From the IMG/VR virus record IMGVR_UViG_3300037400_001251: a stretch of DNA of 64,000 nt; one strand, written 5' to 3'. Made by a program: the position numbers and the translations under genes. Of this stretch, positions 50,720 through 60,193 are shown in pieces. Position 1 is the stretch's first letter; each line of letters begins with the position of its first letter. The DNA comes from an uncultured virus (IMG/VR IMGVR_UViG_3300037400_001251) (lineage: Duplodnaviria; Heunggongvirae; Uroviricota; Caudoviricetes). The notes under the pieces were generated by a model. That model was not told the DNA's origin. It searched no databases and worked only from the letters and a program-made list of their open reading frames with translations.

Positions 50720-51445
50720 ATGCTCGACAATAAGCAAAAAACATTTCTTAAACTCATCACATTGATAGCAACTAAATATTATGCTAAAGGCGTTGTTAAT
50801 GGTGTAGTTACTACTTATAATCATTTGACAAGTACTGTAATATCAAGATCTGAAGCTAAAGAAGAACTGATGGATTATAAGAATTATGATCCTGTTGAAG
50901 CTGTAGAAATAGAATTAGAAACTATGGCAGGTGTATTAGGTTTACAAGAATTACAGCAAAAAGAAGCTGATTTGATATTAGAAAATACTGTAGCCAAAAC
51001 TAAAGTAGAAGTATTAACTGAGATAACTTCTATTTTAAACGATGATGAAATTAATACTAATATTGAACAAGCTGATATTGAGGATATATTAGATGATCCT
51101 AATATCAAAGTTAAGGTAGCTAAGACTGATGAAGAAAAAGAAACTATCATTAAAGAAGTAGCTCAGAAGACAGGACAAAGTGTAGAAAAGGTAAAACAAG
51201 ATATTCAAGAACAGCGGCCTAAAGATAATACTCCTTTTGTACAGATTCATGATTTAAGTAAAACGAAAACTAATGGTACAAGTAATTCTAAACCTTTCTA
51301 TGTAGATGGTAATACTAATGAAAATGACATTGAACTTAATATGATACAAGATGCTTTTAATGAAGCATCTAGTACTAATAATGTCATTGACTTTAGTCAA
51401 GCTATACAGAAAATAGCTAGTAAAAAGAAAGGAACTATACAATGA
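50720..51445 (+). CDS. hypothetical protein
   Basis: 241-aa ORF, AGGAGG RBS. Confidence 0.55.
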   Translation: MLDNKQKTFLKLITLIATKYYAKGVVNGVVTTYNHLTSTVISRSEAKEELMDYKNYDPVEAVEIELETMAGVLGLQELQQKEADLILENTVAKTKVEVLTEITSILNDDEINTNIEQADIEDILDDPNIKVKVAKTDEEKETIIKEVAQKTGQSVEKVKQDIQEQRPKDNTPFVQIHDLSKTKTNGTSNSKPFYVDGNTNENDIELNMIQDAFNEASSTNNVIDFSQAIQKIASKKKGTIQ

Positions 51446-51930
51446 TATACCTAATAGCTGATACTCATTTCGGAGATCCAGATATTATCAAAGTATGTGA
51501 TCGACCATTTAAAGATACTAAAGAAATGGACGACATGATAGTATCTAATTGGAATGATGTAGTTAAAGAAGATGATACTGTATATCTATTAGGAGATGTA
51601 GGTAAACTTAATAGAGTTCATGAACTAAATGGTATTATTAATCTTGTTAAAGGAAACCATGATAATCAAACCATTGAATCATATAAGGTTAATGGCATTA
51701 ATATGGTATATGATTTACCTATAGTTTTAAAAGAATTCTTTATCTTAAGCCATGAACCTATATCTTATATACAACCTAATGGAGTATTTGCTAATATCTT
51801 TGGTCACGTTCACAATAGTCCACATATAACTACATATAGTAACAGGCATTATTGTGTATCTGTAGAAAGAATCAATTACAAACCTATTAGTTTAGATGAT
51901 GTAATTGAAACTATGAGATATTGTGGTTAA
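51442..51930 (+). CDS. calcineurin-like metallophosphoesterase
   Basis: ADTHFG, LGDV, KGNHD, SHEP, FGHVH. Confidence 0.88.
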   Translation: MIYLIADTHFGDPDIIKVCDRPFKDTKEMDDMIVSNWNDVVKEDDTVYLLGDVGKLNRVHELNGIINLVKGNHDNQTIESYKVNGINMVYDLPIVLKEFFILSHEPISYIQPNGVFANIFGHVHNSPHITTYSNRHYCVSVERINYKPISLDDVIETMRYCG

Positions 51931-51972
51931 TCAATATCTAAAATACAAACTTCTTGAAAGGAGGAATCTGTA

Positions 51973-52329
51973 ATGAAATCAACTTCTTTTCTTACAATTC
52001 CAGACCAGATTCAAAATTTACGCGAGCTTCTTAAAGCTCATAATATCTATTACACATTAACTATCGTAGATACTTTTTGTGGATTAGATCTAGATTATGA
52101 TATCTCTCCTCAGATGCAATTTATCATTGAGCATAACAAGAGAAGATTTTCTATTATCTTTTATCGTGGCACTTATGGCTACGACAAAGGCTTGTTAGAA
52201 ATCGGTGATTTAGATAGAATTGAAAAATCTAATGATAAATATGAAGATGACTTAAGCCAGGTTGAAGGGAACCTAACAGCTCAAGATTGTCTTGATATCA
52301 TTCTTGGTAAGAGAGATATAATCGAATAA
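51973..52329 (+). CDS. hypothetical phage protein
   Basis: GTYGYDKGLLEI..VEGNLTAQD. Confidence 0.55.
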   Translation: MKSTSFLTIPDQIQNLRELLKAHNIYYTLTIVDTFCGLDLDYDISPQMQFIIEHNKRRFSIIFYRGTYGYDKGLLEIGDLDRIEKSNDKYEDDLSQVEGNLTAQDCLDIILGKRDIIE

Positions 52330-52338
52330 TTAACTAAT

Positions 52339-52380
52339 GGGAGTAGAAAGTATCAAGAGATATATTTCTACTCCTGTTTT
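52339..52380 (+). terminator. intrinsic terminator-like hairpin
   Basis: ggagtagaaa / tttctactcc stem then tgtttt. Confidence 0.65.
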
Positions 52381-52426
52381 ACACATTAACTAAAAACTTA
52401 TTTAAAATTTGAAAGGACAATTAAAA

Positions 52427-52930
52427 ATGATTATTGAAAGTAAAACTATGTCTAACGTATTCTATTCTTCTGATGCTGATACCAAAATAGATTTCTCTTC
52501 CAGCTGTATGGAAAGAATGGAAAAGAATGTAAGTAAAACTTGTCTGATTTCTATTATCTATGATGGTATGTATGGAATTGGAGATGGTACTTATATGGAT
52601 GTCATACCTAATTGGTTAGGATTAGTATCGCCTAGAATAGACTGCGGTAAAGGTGTAGAAGAATTACATGAATTCACAGATGACTATGAAAATAATCCAA
52701 ACAGATTTGTAAATATACTTGATATAGTAAATTCTATAACATTCTTAGTAGATAGTGAAAGCAGACCTTATCAATGTATAATAGAATTTAATAGGGAAAG
52801 TATTATATCAAGATTGAACCGTTACGATATAGATGTTAAACCAGAAGATTTTACTGAATCTATGAGAGTCAGTTATGAATTTACAGCCTTTGATGAAGGT
52901 TGCGAAATATCTACTCCAGAAGAATATTGA
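52427..52930 (+). CDS. hypothetical protein
   Basis: ATG after TTTGAAAGGACAA. Confidence 0.55.
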   Translation: MIIESKTMSNVFYSSDADTKIDFSSSCMERMEKNVSKTCLISIIYDGMYGIGDGTYMDVIPNWLGLVSPRIDCGKGVEELHEFTDDYENNPNRFVNILDIVNSITFLVDSESRPYQCIIEFNRESIISRLNRYDIDVKPEDFTESMRVSYEFTAFDEGCEISTPEEY

Positions 52931-52950
52931 AAGGAAGGAGGTATATTCTA

Positions 52951-53223
52951 ATGGCTAAATACACAGATTATAAGATAGAAGAGGCTAAATATCTTATAAA
53001 TAAGTTTATCAAATATGGCGAGAAGCCTGATTTTACAGATATTCCTAAGTATTATATAATGGAGAAGACTATATTTCATAATTTCTATTTTGGTTATCTA
53101 ACAGCTATGGCTAATATTAAGGACTTTTGTGAGAATGACTTCTTTGAAGAAGTTCCAAGTCATTGTAGATTATGCCCGCATAAGAAATACTGCCCAAAGA
53201 TAGTTAGAGAAAGGAAACTTTAA
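52951..53223 (+). CDS. hypothetical protein with C-terminal Cys cluster
   Basis: IKDFC..CRLCP..CP; GGAGG RBS. Confidence 0.55.
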   Translation: MAKYTDYKIEEAKYLINKFIKYGEKPDFTDIPKYYIMEKTIFHNFYFGYLTAMANIKDFCENDFFEEVPSHCRLCPHKKYCPKIVRERKL

Positions 53224-53227
53224 AATA

Positions 53228-53575
53228 ATGAATATAATAACTATTGATAACCCTAAAAAACAATTTCAAGAATTATATGACAATTCAGCTTATACTTGTA
53301 CTGGCTGTTCTGATCCAAAAGAATTTGCTAAAGGTTATACGGAATATCTAAAAGAATTAGGTATTGGTAAAGTAAACACATTCTATACATTTACTGGTAA
53401 GCAAATGAACGAAAACTATAAATTAAAAGGAACCACAAAATATCCTGATGATTTAAATTTCTTATCTTTTAAATTAGATGGATTAGATTGTGGTAAATTA
53501 GCTATTTTCAAATTAAGAATGGAAGATAAATGGTTTGATGATATAGTAGATAATAACAAGAGAAACAATCATTAA
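53228..53575 (+). CDS. hypothetical phage protein
   Basis: GKQMNENYKL..YPDDLNF..KWFDDIVDNN. Confidence 0.55.
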   Translation: MNIITIDNPKKQFQELYDNSAYTCTGCSDPKEFAKGYTEYLKELGIGKVNTFYTFTGKQMNENYKLKGTTKYPDDLNFLSFKLDGLDCGKLAIFKLRMEDKWFDDIVDNNKRNNH

Positions 53576-53601
53576 ACCAATTATTTTGAAAGGACAATTA
53601 T

Positions 53602-53778
53602 ATGAATTCAGATATATTAGATGCTATATCTAAAATAAGTAATTATTGTGATCGCCAAAATTGCGAGCAATGCCCATTATATGGAAAAGATAATTTTGAA
53701 CACCCATGTGATTTAAGAAACACATCGCCTAATAATTGGAATTACGTAATAGACAGATTACGTGATAAAGGAGAATAA
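53602..53778 (+). CDS. small Cys-rich protein (58 aa, not in ORF track)
   Basis: MNSDILDAISKISNYCDRQNCEQCPLY..PCDL..PNNW; TTTGAAAGGA RBS. Confidence 0.6.
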   Translation: MNSDILDAISKISNYCDRQNCEQCPLYGKDNFEHPCDLRNTSPNNWNYVIDRLRDKGE

Positions 53779-53782
53779 TATT

Positions 53783-53998
53783 ATGGAAAAAAAGTTACCT
53801 CAAGATGTGCTAAAAGCTATATTTACTATCTCAGATTGGTGTTCTAAAAGATCATATAATGTAGAAACTCAAGAAGAAGCTTGTTCTACTTGTCCTTTAC
53901 GTAATAGAAACACTGATGAAACTTGTGGTTTAAATGATGAAGAAGTACAATGGTGGAAAGCTAATCTTCAAAATCTAGAAGAGAAGGAAGGAAAATAA
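53783..53998 (+). CDS. small Cys-rich protein (family member)
   Basis: VLKAIFTISDWC..CSTCPL..CGL..WW. Confidence 0.6.
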   Translation: MEKKLPQDVLKAIFTISDWCSKRSYNVETQEEACSTCPLRNRNTDETCGLNDEEVQWWKANLQNLEEKEGK

Positions 53999-54002
53999 CT
54001 TC

Positions 54003-54527
54003 GTGAGATTATGGCATTACCAATTATTGCCTGGTTTACCTAAAGAGCAGTTAATATCACAATGGAGAGAATGCTGTAAGATAGCTTATGATATTAAAGC
54101 TACAGGTAAACCAACTAATCACTTATTAATTAATAAGATTAATGACTATCCTTTAGATGAATTTAAGATATACTGTAATCTATTAATCAAAGAAATGAGC
54201 AAACGTGGTATTAAGGTAAGCAGATCTACTATGGATAAGTTATATGATTGCCTTAAAGAATACTGTAATATTATAGTAGATAATAGTAAGCCTATCTTTA
54301 AGAATTGGCATAACTATACGTATATGGATATATGTTTCTATAACTTAAATGAGAAATACCTATGTGGTGGTATCACTAATGAAGATTGGTTAAAATTTAA
54401 AAATATTTACTTTGAAAGGAGAACATTACTAAATGAAGGACAAATTGGGAGACAGAATGAAGAAATACGAAAGTACGGAAACTCAAAGGTTTCTTCAACC
54501 TGGGTTACCTATTCTTGTAAGGATTGA
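54003..54527 (+). CDS. pyrimidine-dimer DNA glycosylase/DenV-like family protein
   Basis: MRLWH..LPKEQLISQWREC..EMSKRG..NLNEK. Confidence 0.6.
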   Translation: MRLWHYQLLPGLPKEQLISQWRECCKIAYDIKATGKPTNHLLINKINDYPLDEFKIYCNLLIKEMSKRGIKVSRSTMDKLYDCLKEYCNIIVDNSKPIFKNWHNYTYMDICFYNLNEKYLCGGITNEDWLKFKNIYFERRTLLNEGQIGRQNEEIRKYGNSKVSSTWVTYSCKD

Positions 54528-55611
54528 TGGTAAAGCATTTCATACATATACTAAAGGAATGAAAAAACCTTTTGATGAAACTTTAGTAAATGCTTTTATT
54601 GAAACAACTAAAAAGTTAGTAGAAAAATGCAATGCTGTAATAGGGTATACTCAATCAGATGAAATAACTTTAATATTACCTGATGATAGAGATACCATGT
54701 TTGAAAGAAAAATTCATAAACTAGATTCTGTTATATGTAGTATGGCTACTATGTACTTTAATAGTTTCATGCCTGAAGATAAAAGATATGCTACATTCGA
54801 TTGTAGAGTATGGAATGTTCCTAATAGGAGTGAAGCTATTAATTGTTTGATATGGAGAGAACTAGATGCCACTAAGAATGCCATTAGTATGGCAGCATCT
54901 TGTTTCTATAGTCATAAGCAATTACTTAATAAGAATAGTAAAGAAAAGTTAGAAATGCTTCAATTAAAAGGTGAAAAATTTGATGAATATCCTGTATTCT
55001 TTAGAAGAGGAACTTACATCAAAAAGGTATTAGAAGAACGTAGATTTTCTAAAGAAGAAATAGAAAAGTTACCACCTAAACATGAAGCAAGATTAAATCC
55101 AGACTATTGTTATTTGAGAAGTAATTATGTTCAATTAGATATGCCACCATTAGCTAAGATTCAAAATCGTATAGACTATGTATATTACAATGAACCATAT
55201 ATTACAGATATTACTAGTGATAAAGCATTCTTAAAAGATTTCGTTTATGCTTATAGATGGTTGTTTGAACATCCTATATTCAATGAGCAATTAGAATCTA
55301 GAATGTGGATAACTGCAGTAAAGGTAAATCCCAATACTAATGAAGTAGATGATGACCATAATCTTAATACTGATAATAGAATATGGTTAGAACCACAAAC
55401 TTATGATGATAAAGAAGATACATTTTATGGTGATCTAGATTTAGAATGTGGTGGTAAGACCTTTGAAGAAGCTATATTAAGATTAGCTAATCTAGTTTAT
55501 CAAAAGTATGGTACTTATACTCATGATGAAGCACATCAGATAATGATGGAAAGAATAGCTAGAATTAATTCTAAAACTAAAGAACAAGATACAACAGGAG
55601 ATACTAAATGA
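54433..55611 (+). CDS. tRNA-His guanylyltransferase Thg1-like protein with extra C-terminal domain
   Basis: LGDRMKKYE, RIDGKAFHTYT, YTQSDEI, FDCR, WRELDATKNAIS. Confidence 0.88.
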   Translation: MKDKLGDRMKKYESTETQRFLQPGLPILVRIDGKAFHTYTKGMKKPFDETLVNAFIETTKKLVEKCNAVIGYTQSDEITLILPDDRDTMFERKIHKLDSVICSMATMYFNSFMPEDKRYATFDCRVWNVPNRSEAINCLIWRELDATKNAISMAASCFYSHKQLLNKNSKEKLEMLQLKGEKFDEYPVFFRRGTYIKKVLEERRFSKEEIEKLPPKHEARLNPDYCYLRSNYVQLDMPPLAKIQNRIDYVYYNEPYITDITSDKAFLKDFVYAYRWLFEHPIFNEQLESRMWITAVKVNPNTNEVDDDHNLNTDNRIWLEPQTYDDKEDTFYGDLDLECGGKTFEEAILRLANLVYQKYGTYTHDEAHQIMMERIARINSKTKEQDTTGDTK

Positions 55612-56678
55612 TAGTAAATTGGTTACTAACAAGAAGATGTAATAGGCACTGTCCATTTTGTGGATTAGTTAATGACTCTAAGTACGATAAGTATAAGAAG
55701 ATCCAAGATGTAAATGATAAAGAATTATCTTGGCAAACTTTTGCTAACATTGTACTAAACATGGAAGAATTCTATGGCAAAGGTAAACTGTTCCATATAT
55801 TCTATGGTGGAGAACCTTTTCTTAAAGAAGGTTTTAAACAATTTATGTGTACAATGAATAGTATGAGTATGAATACTAATTACACCGTGATTACTAATGC
55901 TACATTATTAGATAAAGTAATTGAAGTCTATGAAGCAGCTGGTATCTATAAAGGATTAACTTGTAGTTTAGATCCTATTATAATGGAGTCTGGTAATCCT
56001 TTAAATAATATTAAGAATAATGCTGCATTACAATTATTAGATGTTAATAAGAAAAGACATCTAACCAAAGATATGACTGTAGAATGTGTATTTGATAAGA
56101 ATAATATTAAGTATACTAAAGCATTCTTAGATTTCATGAGTAGTGAATATCCTAATGTAAGTATTAGTATATCTGTATATGATTATCCTAAGAACGAACA
56201 TTATGATTTCGCAGCTAATCCCCATGCTGATAAGAATTATCAAGATTCTATGAGATTACATCCAGAATCAAAAGAAGTTAGAGAAGCATTTAAAATTATA
56301 GAAGAAGGCGCCAAATCTGGTAAGTATAATATTCACATGGGTAAAGCAGACGGTTTCATAGATTTAATAAGAATTACTTGTGATAGTAGTTATATGTGTA
56401 ATATTGTATATGATGAAGAACCTATTTCATTTCCTACATTAACAATAGATGCTGATGGAGAATTTAGATTATGTCTTAGAATAAGTGGTACAACTAAAAT
56501 GTATGCACAAGATGTATTTACTAATGATAAAGAAGAAACTAGGAATAATCTTGTTAAGTTAGCTAATACTCTTAGAGAAAATTATGATTTCTATTGTAAA
56601 GGTTGTGCTTGGTCTTGCCCAATAATGGATACATATTGGGACGACAACGTAGATGTAGCACATGGTCAATCTAAATAG
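55608..56678 (+). CDS. radical SAM protein
   Basis: CNRHCPFC, GGEPF, TNA; C-terminal Cys cluster C..C..CKGC..CP. Confidence 0.85.
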   Translation: MIVNWLLTRRCNRHCPFCGLVNDSKYDKYKKIQDVNDKELSWQTFANIVLNMEEFYGKGKLFHIFYGGEPFLKEGFKQFMCTMNSMSMNTNYTVITNATLLDKVIEVYEAAGIYKGLTCSLDPIIMESGNPLNNIKNNAALQLLDVNKKRHLTKDMTVECVFDKNNIKYTKAFLDFMSSEYPNVSISISVYDYPKNEHYDFAANPHADKNYQDSMRLHPESKEVREAFKIIEEGAKSGKYNIHMGKADGFIDLIRITCDSSYMCNIVYDEEPISFPTLTIDADGEFRLCLRISGTTKMYAQDVFTNDKEETRNNLVKLANTLRENYDFYCKGCAWSCPIMDTYWDDNVDVAHGQSK

Positions 56679-56698
56679 TATGAAAGGAAATTTTTAAA

Positions 56699-57043
56699 AT
56701 GGAAAACAATGAAAAGAAAAACGAACCCAATGTAATTAGAATATCTAATGGTGTTATTATAGCTGTTATAGTAGGTATAGTATTAATTGTATCTATGTTG
56801 ACAGGTACTTTCCCAATAATAGCTGCTTTGATATTTGGTGCTGTCTTAGGTTATATGACTCCTACTAATGTAACTAATCAATTAGATGATATAAAAGATT
56901 TCTTAAAACAAGATGACAATTATTATACTTATTCAACTACAGAAATAAGACCTGACTTTCCTAATGTTAAGGCACCTAAGGAAGATTCTAAAGAAGATCT
57001 TAAATCTGAAGCAAAGGAAGAACCTAAAGATGACAACAAGTAA
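56699..57043 (+). CDS. small membrane protein
   Basis: Two adjacent hydrophobic segments, charged tail. Confidence 0.55.
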   Translation: MENNEKKNEPNVIRISNGVIIAVIVGIVLIVSMLTGTFPIIAALIFGAVLGYMTPTNVTNQLDDIKDFLKQDDNYYTYSTTEIRPDFPNVKAPKEDSKEDLKSEAKEEPKDDNK

Positions 57044-57230
57044 TATTGTAAGTTTAATAGTTGTATTTACATTAGTATTTCTAGTATTCTATGTTCAATG
57101 GGTATTAACTAGATTCTTTAGAAAATCAAAAGAAGACATATTAGAAATACTAAATAGATTAGAAACAGGCCTTAATAGGGTAAAAGAAGATGCCATAGAA
57201 ATTACTAAGGAAGGAGAAATTAAGAAATGA
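57030..57230 (+). CDS. small single-pass membrane protein
   Basis: IVSLIVVFTLVFLVFYVQWVL; start moved to 57030. Confidence 0.5.
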   Translation: MTTSNIVSLIVVFTLVFLVFYVQWVLTRFFRKSKEDILEILNRLETGLNRVKEDAIEITKEGEIKK

Positions 57231-58000
57231 GTACTAAATATGATAACTTATCTTTAAATAAGATTAAGGCTATAAATACTTACGAGAATTATAATACCTT
57301 AAAAGATTATAATGAAATATTCTGGTCTGAATCTCAATTACAATTAAAAGATAGAAATGAATCTCTTATTAAAGAAGGTGGTAAAAGATTACCCCCTAAT
57401 GTTAATAGAAAAGAATATTCTATTAAGATGAATAAGATAAGAGCCATAGCTATTACAGATGTAGACCTTAAGAAACGTATTAAAGAAAAAGAAACTAATG
57501 AAAATAGAAAGTTATCATTAGCTGAAAAACATATCTTAAGAGAAGAATATAAGATTGAGAAATTTATGGAGATGTCTACTCTTAATAGACAACAGGCTAG
57601 AGAAATCATAGATAATGATTTATCTTTCGTTACTAAAGGTAACACTGTAGTATTTCTATTAACACCAGACAGTGTTGCTAAAAAGAAAAAGAAGAAAGAA
57701 GATATCGAAAGAGTAGAAGTTAAGACCAATACTAAAATAAGTAATCCTAATATTAGATATGGATATTTCCAAAAGTTTAAAGCTGATAATACTGGTAAGG
57801 TATTCATATTAATTAAGGATATTCAAAGAAGATACATTGGTGAAAAATTAGAAGCTAGTCCTACTGCTTACAGCTATAGTATGATAGGTTTAGAACGAAT
57901 AGTAAGAATGTTCGTTCAAAGTAGTGGTAAGTGGATAGAATTCACTAATGATTCTACCAAAGAAGTAGATGACGTATGGAAAGAATTAGAAAATGAGTAA
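57227..58000 (+). CDS. hypothetical protein, paralog of 58112
   Basis: Shared blocks FWS, EKH.., R.EVK.N.K..NPN..YG.F. Confidence 0.6.
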   Translation: MSTKYDNLSLNKIKAINTYENYNTLKDYNEIFWSESQLQLKDRNESLIKEGGKRLPPNVNRKEYSIKMNKIRAIAITDVDLKKRIKEKETNENRKLSLAEKHILREEYKIEKFMEMSTLNRQQAREIIDNDLSFVTKGNTVVFLLTPDSVAKKKKKKEDIERVEVKTNTKISNPNIRYGYFQKFKADNTGKVFILIKDIQRRYIGEKLEASPTAYSYSMIGLERIVRMFVQSSGKWIEFTNDSTKEVDDVWKELENE

Positions 58001-58111
58001 GAAGAAAAATTGGAATGATGTTATTGATCTTCTGATTGAAGGAAATAATATCAGAAAGAGCTTAATCGAAGTGTATGAAAACAATTAACTTATTTGAAAG
58101 GACAAAGAATT

Positions 58112-59164
58112 ATGAATAACAACACTGAAATATTTCTTGATACTGAAAATACTATAAAGACTCTAGATAAAGAATATAAATTCTTTTCTAATAATGAGCA
58201 CTTAAAACCTATTAAAGAAGAATTGAATGTTATCTTTACAGAAATCAAAGATAGAATCAATGATTTGAATACCTTAAGAAAAGACTTATTAGCTAAGATA
58301 GAAAAAGAAGAAGAACATAATAAGTCTAAGTCTAAAGATGATGGCAATAGAAAATTAATTAAGAAATCTAAAGAATCAATATATGGTACTAAAAGAGTTA
58401 GTAAAGATATTGCTAACGGTATATTCAATAATGACAATACTAATTTAGATGATATTAATTGGTTATTTTGGTCAGCTAAGCAAAACGAATTACGTAATTA
58501 TCAGAAAGAATTTGAAAATAAGATAGTTGGTGATTCTTTTTCTAGACAAGATGATTTAGATAAACTTATGAGAATATCTGTAAGAACCAAAGAGGTTAAG
58601 GATAAGATAGCTGATAAAGAAAAGAAACTATCTAGAGAATTAAACTTAACAGAAAAGCATCTTATTAGAGATGATATAAGGCAATCTAAATTATTTAAGT
58701 TTGCTTTAGAAAATGATAATACTATTGAATTAGATGATGTTAAGGTATATCTAGAAAATAAGGAAACCTTACAGACATTAGGTAATGAAGTAATGGTTGT
58801 ATTAAAACCTTATGATAAAGATTCTAAGAAACATTATTCTACTAATAAGGATAGAATTGAAGTTAAGGTTAATGATAAACTAAATAATCCTAATGTTAGT
58901 TACGGTTTCTTCCATGAATTTAAAGAAGATAAAGATGGTAATGTATTATTAGTAATTAGAGATAAGCAAAGAGAATTAATTGGTGAAACTGCAGACGCTA
59001 GTGTAACTAAATATGCTTGGTCTCAGTTCCCATCTAGTAGAATTAAAAGATTCTTTATCAAAGCCAGAGATGTATGGCATGAATATGATAAAGAAGGTAA
59101 TATGTATGAAATCAAAGATATATGGAAAGAAGTAGATGTAAATAATCCTAGAAATCAAGATTAA
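58112..59164 (+). CDS. hypothetical protein, paralog of 57227
   Basis: Same shared blocks; start after TTTGAAAGGA. Confidence 0.6.
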   Translation: MNNNTEIFLDTENTIKTLDKEYKFFSNNEHLKPIKEELNVIFTEIKDRINDLNTLRKDLLAKIEKEEEHNKSKSKDDGNRKLIKKSKESIYGTKRVSKDIANGIFNNDNTNLDDINWLFWSAKQNELRNYQKEFENKIVGDSFSRQDDLDKLMRISVRTKEVKDKIADKEKKLSRELNLTEKHLIRDDIRQSKLFKFALENDNTIELDDVKVYLENKETLQTLGNEVMVVLKPYDKDSKKHYSTNKDRIEVKVNDKLNNPNVSYGFFHEFKEDKDGNVLLVIRDKQRELIGETADASVTKYAWSQFPSSRIKRFFIKARDVWHEYDKEGNMYEIKDIWKEVDVNNPRNQD

Positions 59165-59220
59165 CTATAGACTACTTTAGATAAGATAATATATTTTTGA
59201 TACCAATATTTTTCTTTAAG

Positions 59221-59263
59221 TGCCCTTCCTTTTATATTATAATATTAGGAAGGGCATATTTTT
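59221..59263 (+). terminator. intrinsic terminator-like hairpin with TATATTATA loop
   Basis: tgcccttcct / aggaagggca 10-bp stem plus T-tract. Confidence 0.7.
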
Positions 59264-59296
59264 AATGACAAAATCTTTGAAAGGACATTACTTATA

Positions 59297-59719
59297 ATGG
59301 CAAATAATCCACGTATAACTATTGATGATATAACTATAGAAAATCAAAATCTAATAACCAAGATTTTAAGATTTAATCATATTACCCCATCTACAGAAAG
59401 AATAGTAGCTTATTATTTAGGAAGTATCTTAGGTCTACATCCTAATTTTTCAGATCCAGACCAAAGAACATTAGATACTACTCCTAAGATAATCAAGAGA
59501 AAAGATGTTGCATTTATACCCCAAAAGATATCTAGGCTAAGAGATTTAAGAAGAGTCTTTTGGAATAATTACCCTGAATTTAAAGAACAGTATTATAGAT
59601 CTTATAAGACTCAGAATGATTATCCTACTGATGTAAGATGCAAGTGGGTAGACTTTGTAGATCTATTAGAAAAGAATTGTGTAATCACTGATACTCTAGC
59701 CCAAAGAGCTACATTATAA
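59297..59719 (+). CDS. hypothetical protein
   Basis: 140-aa ORF upstream of beta'-C copy 2. Confidence 0.55.
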   Translation: MANNPRITIDDITIENQNLITKILRFNHITPSTERIVAYYLGSILGLHPNFSDPDQRTLDTTPKIIKRKDVAFIPQKISRLRDLRRVFWNNYPEFKEQYYRSYKTQNDYPTDVRCKWVDFVDLLEKNCVITDTLAQRATL

Positions 59720-59734
59720 AAGGAGGTTTATATC

Positions 59735-60193
59735 TTGAAGCTTTTTAAAGAAGTTCGTAAAGATGTAAAAGAAAACGGTGTTGTTGTAACTCATTATGAA
59801 CCACAAGCTGATGTTACCATTATGTCAATGAATATTGAAAATGGTAAGTTTGAGGAAAAGAAGATAACTGATTTTAGTAAGCATGAAAATATTAAGATGT
59901 ATAAGTTTCATGATGCTATTGAAAGATTTAAAGATTTTTGGTTATCTGATAATCATAGTGCTATTGTTAGAGATAAGCAAACTAGTTTATATGGTAAAGT
60001 AACTCCTATGGATATTATATTAGATCCTAATAGATATGAACTAGTTCAAATGATAGGTAGTCCATTATCTAGAAGATTTATACCATGTGATCAAATAGAA
60101 GTTACATTAGATGAAAGTAAAACCATAGGATATGACTTTACAGTAGAAGATAATTATACTTTTACAACAGATGATGGAGTAGTTGTCCAAGAT
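59735..60193 (+). mobile_element. split intein C-fragment IntC2 (153 aa, ends VQD; +1 Ser)
   Basis: Block B LSDNHSA, block F GYDFTVE, block G DGVVVQD/S; clearly homologous to IntC1. Confidence 0.85.
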
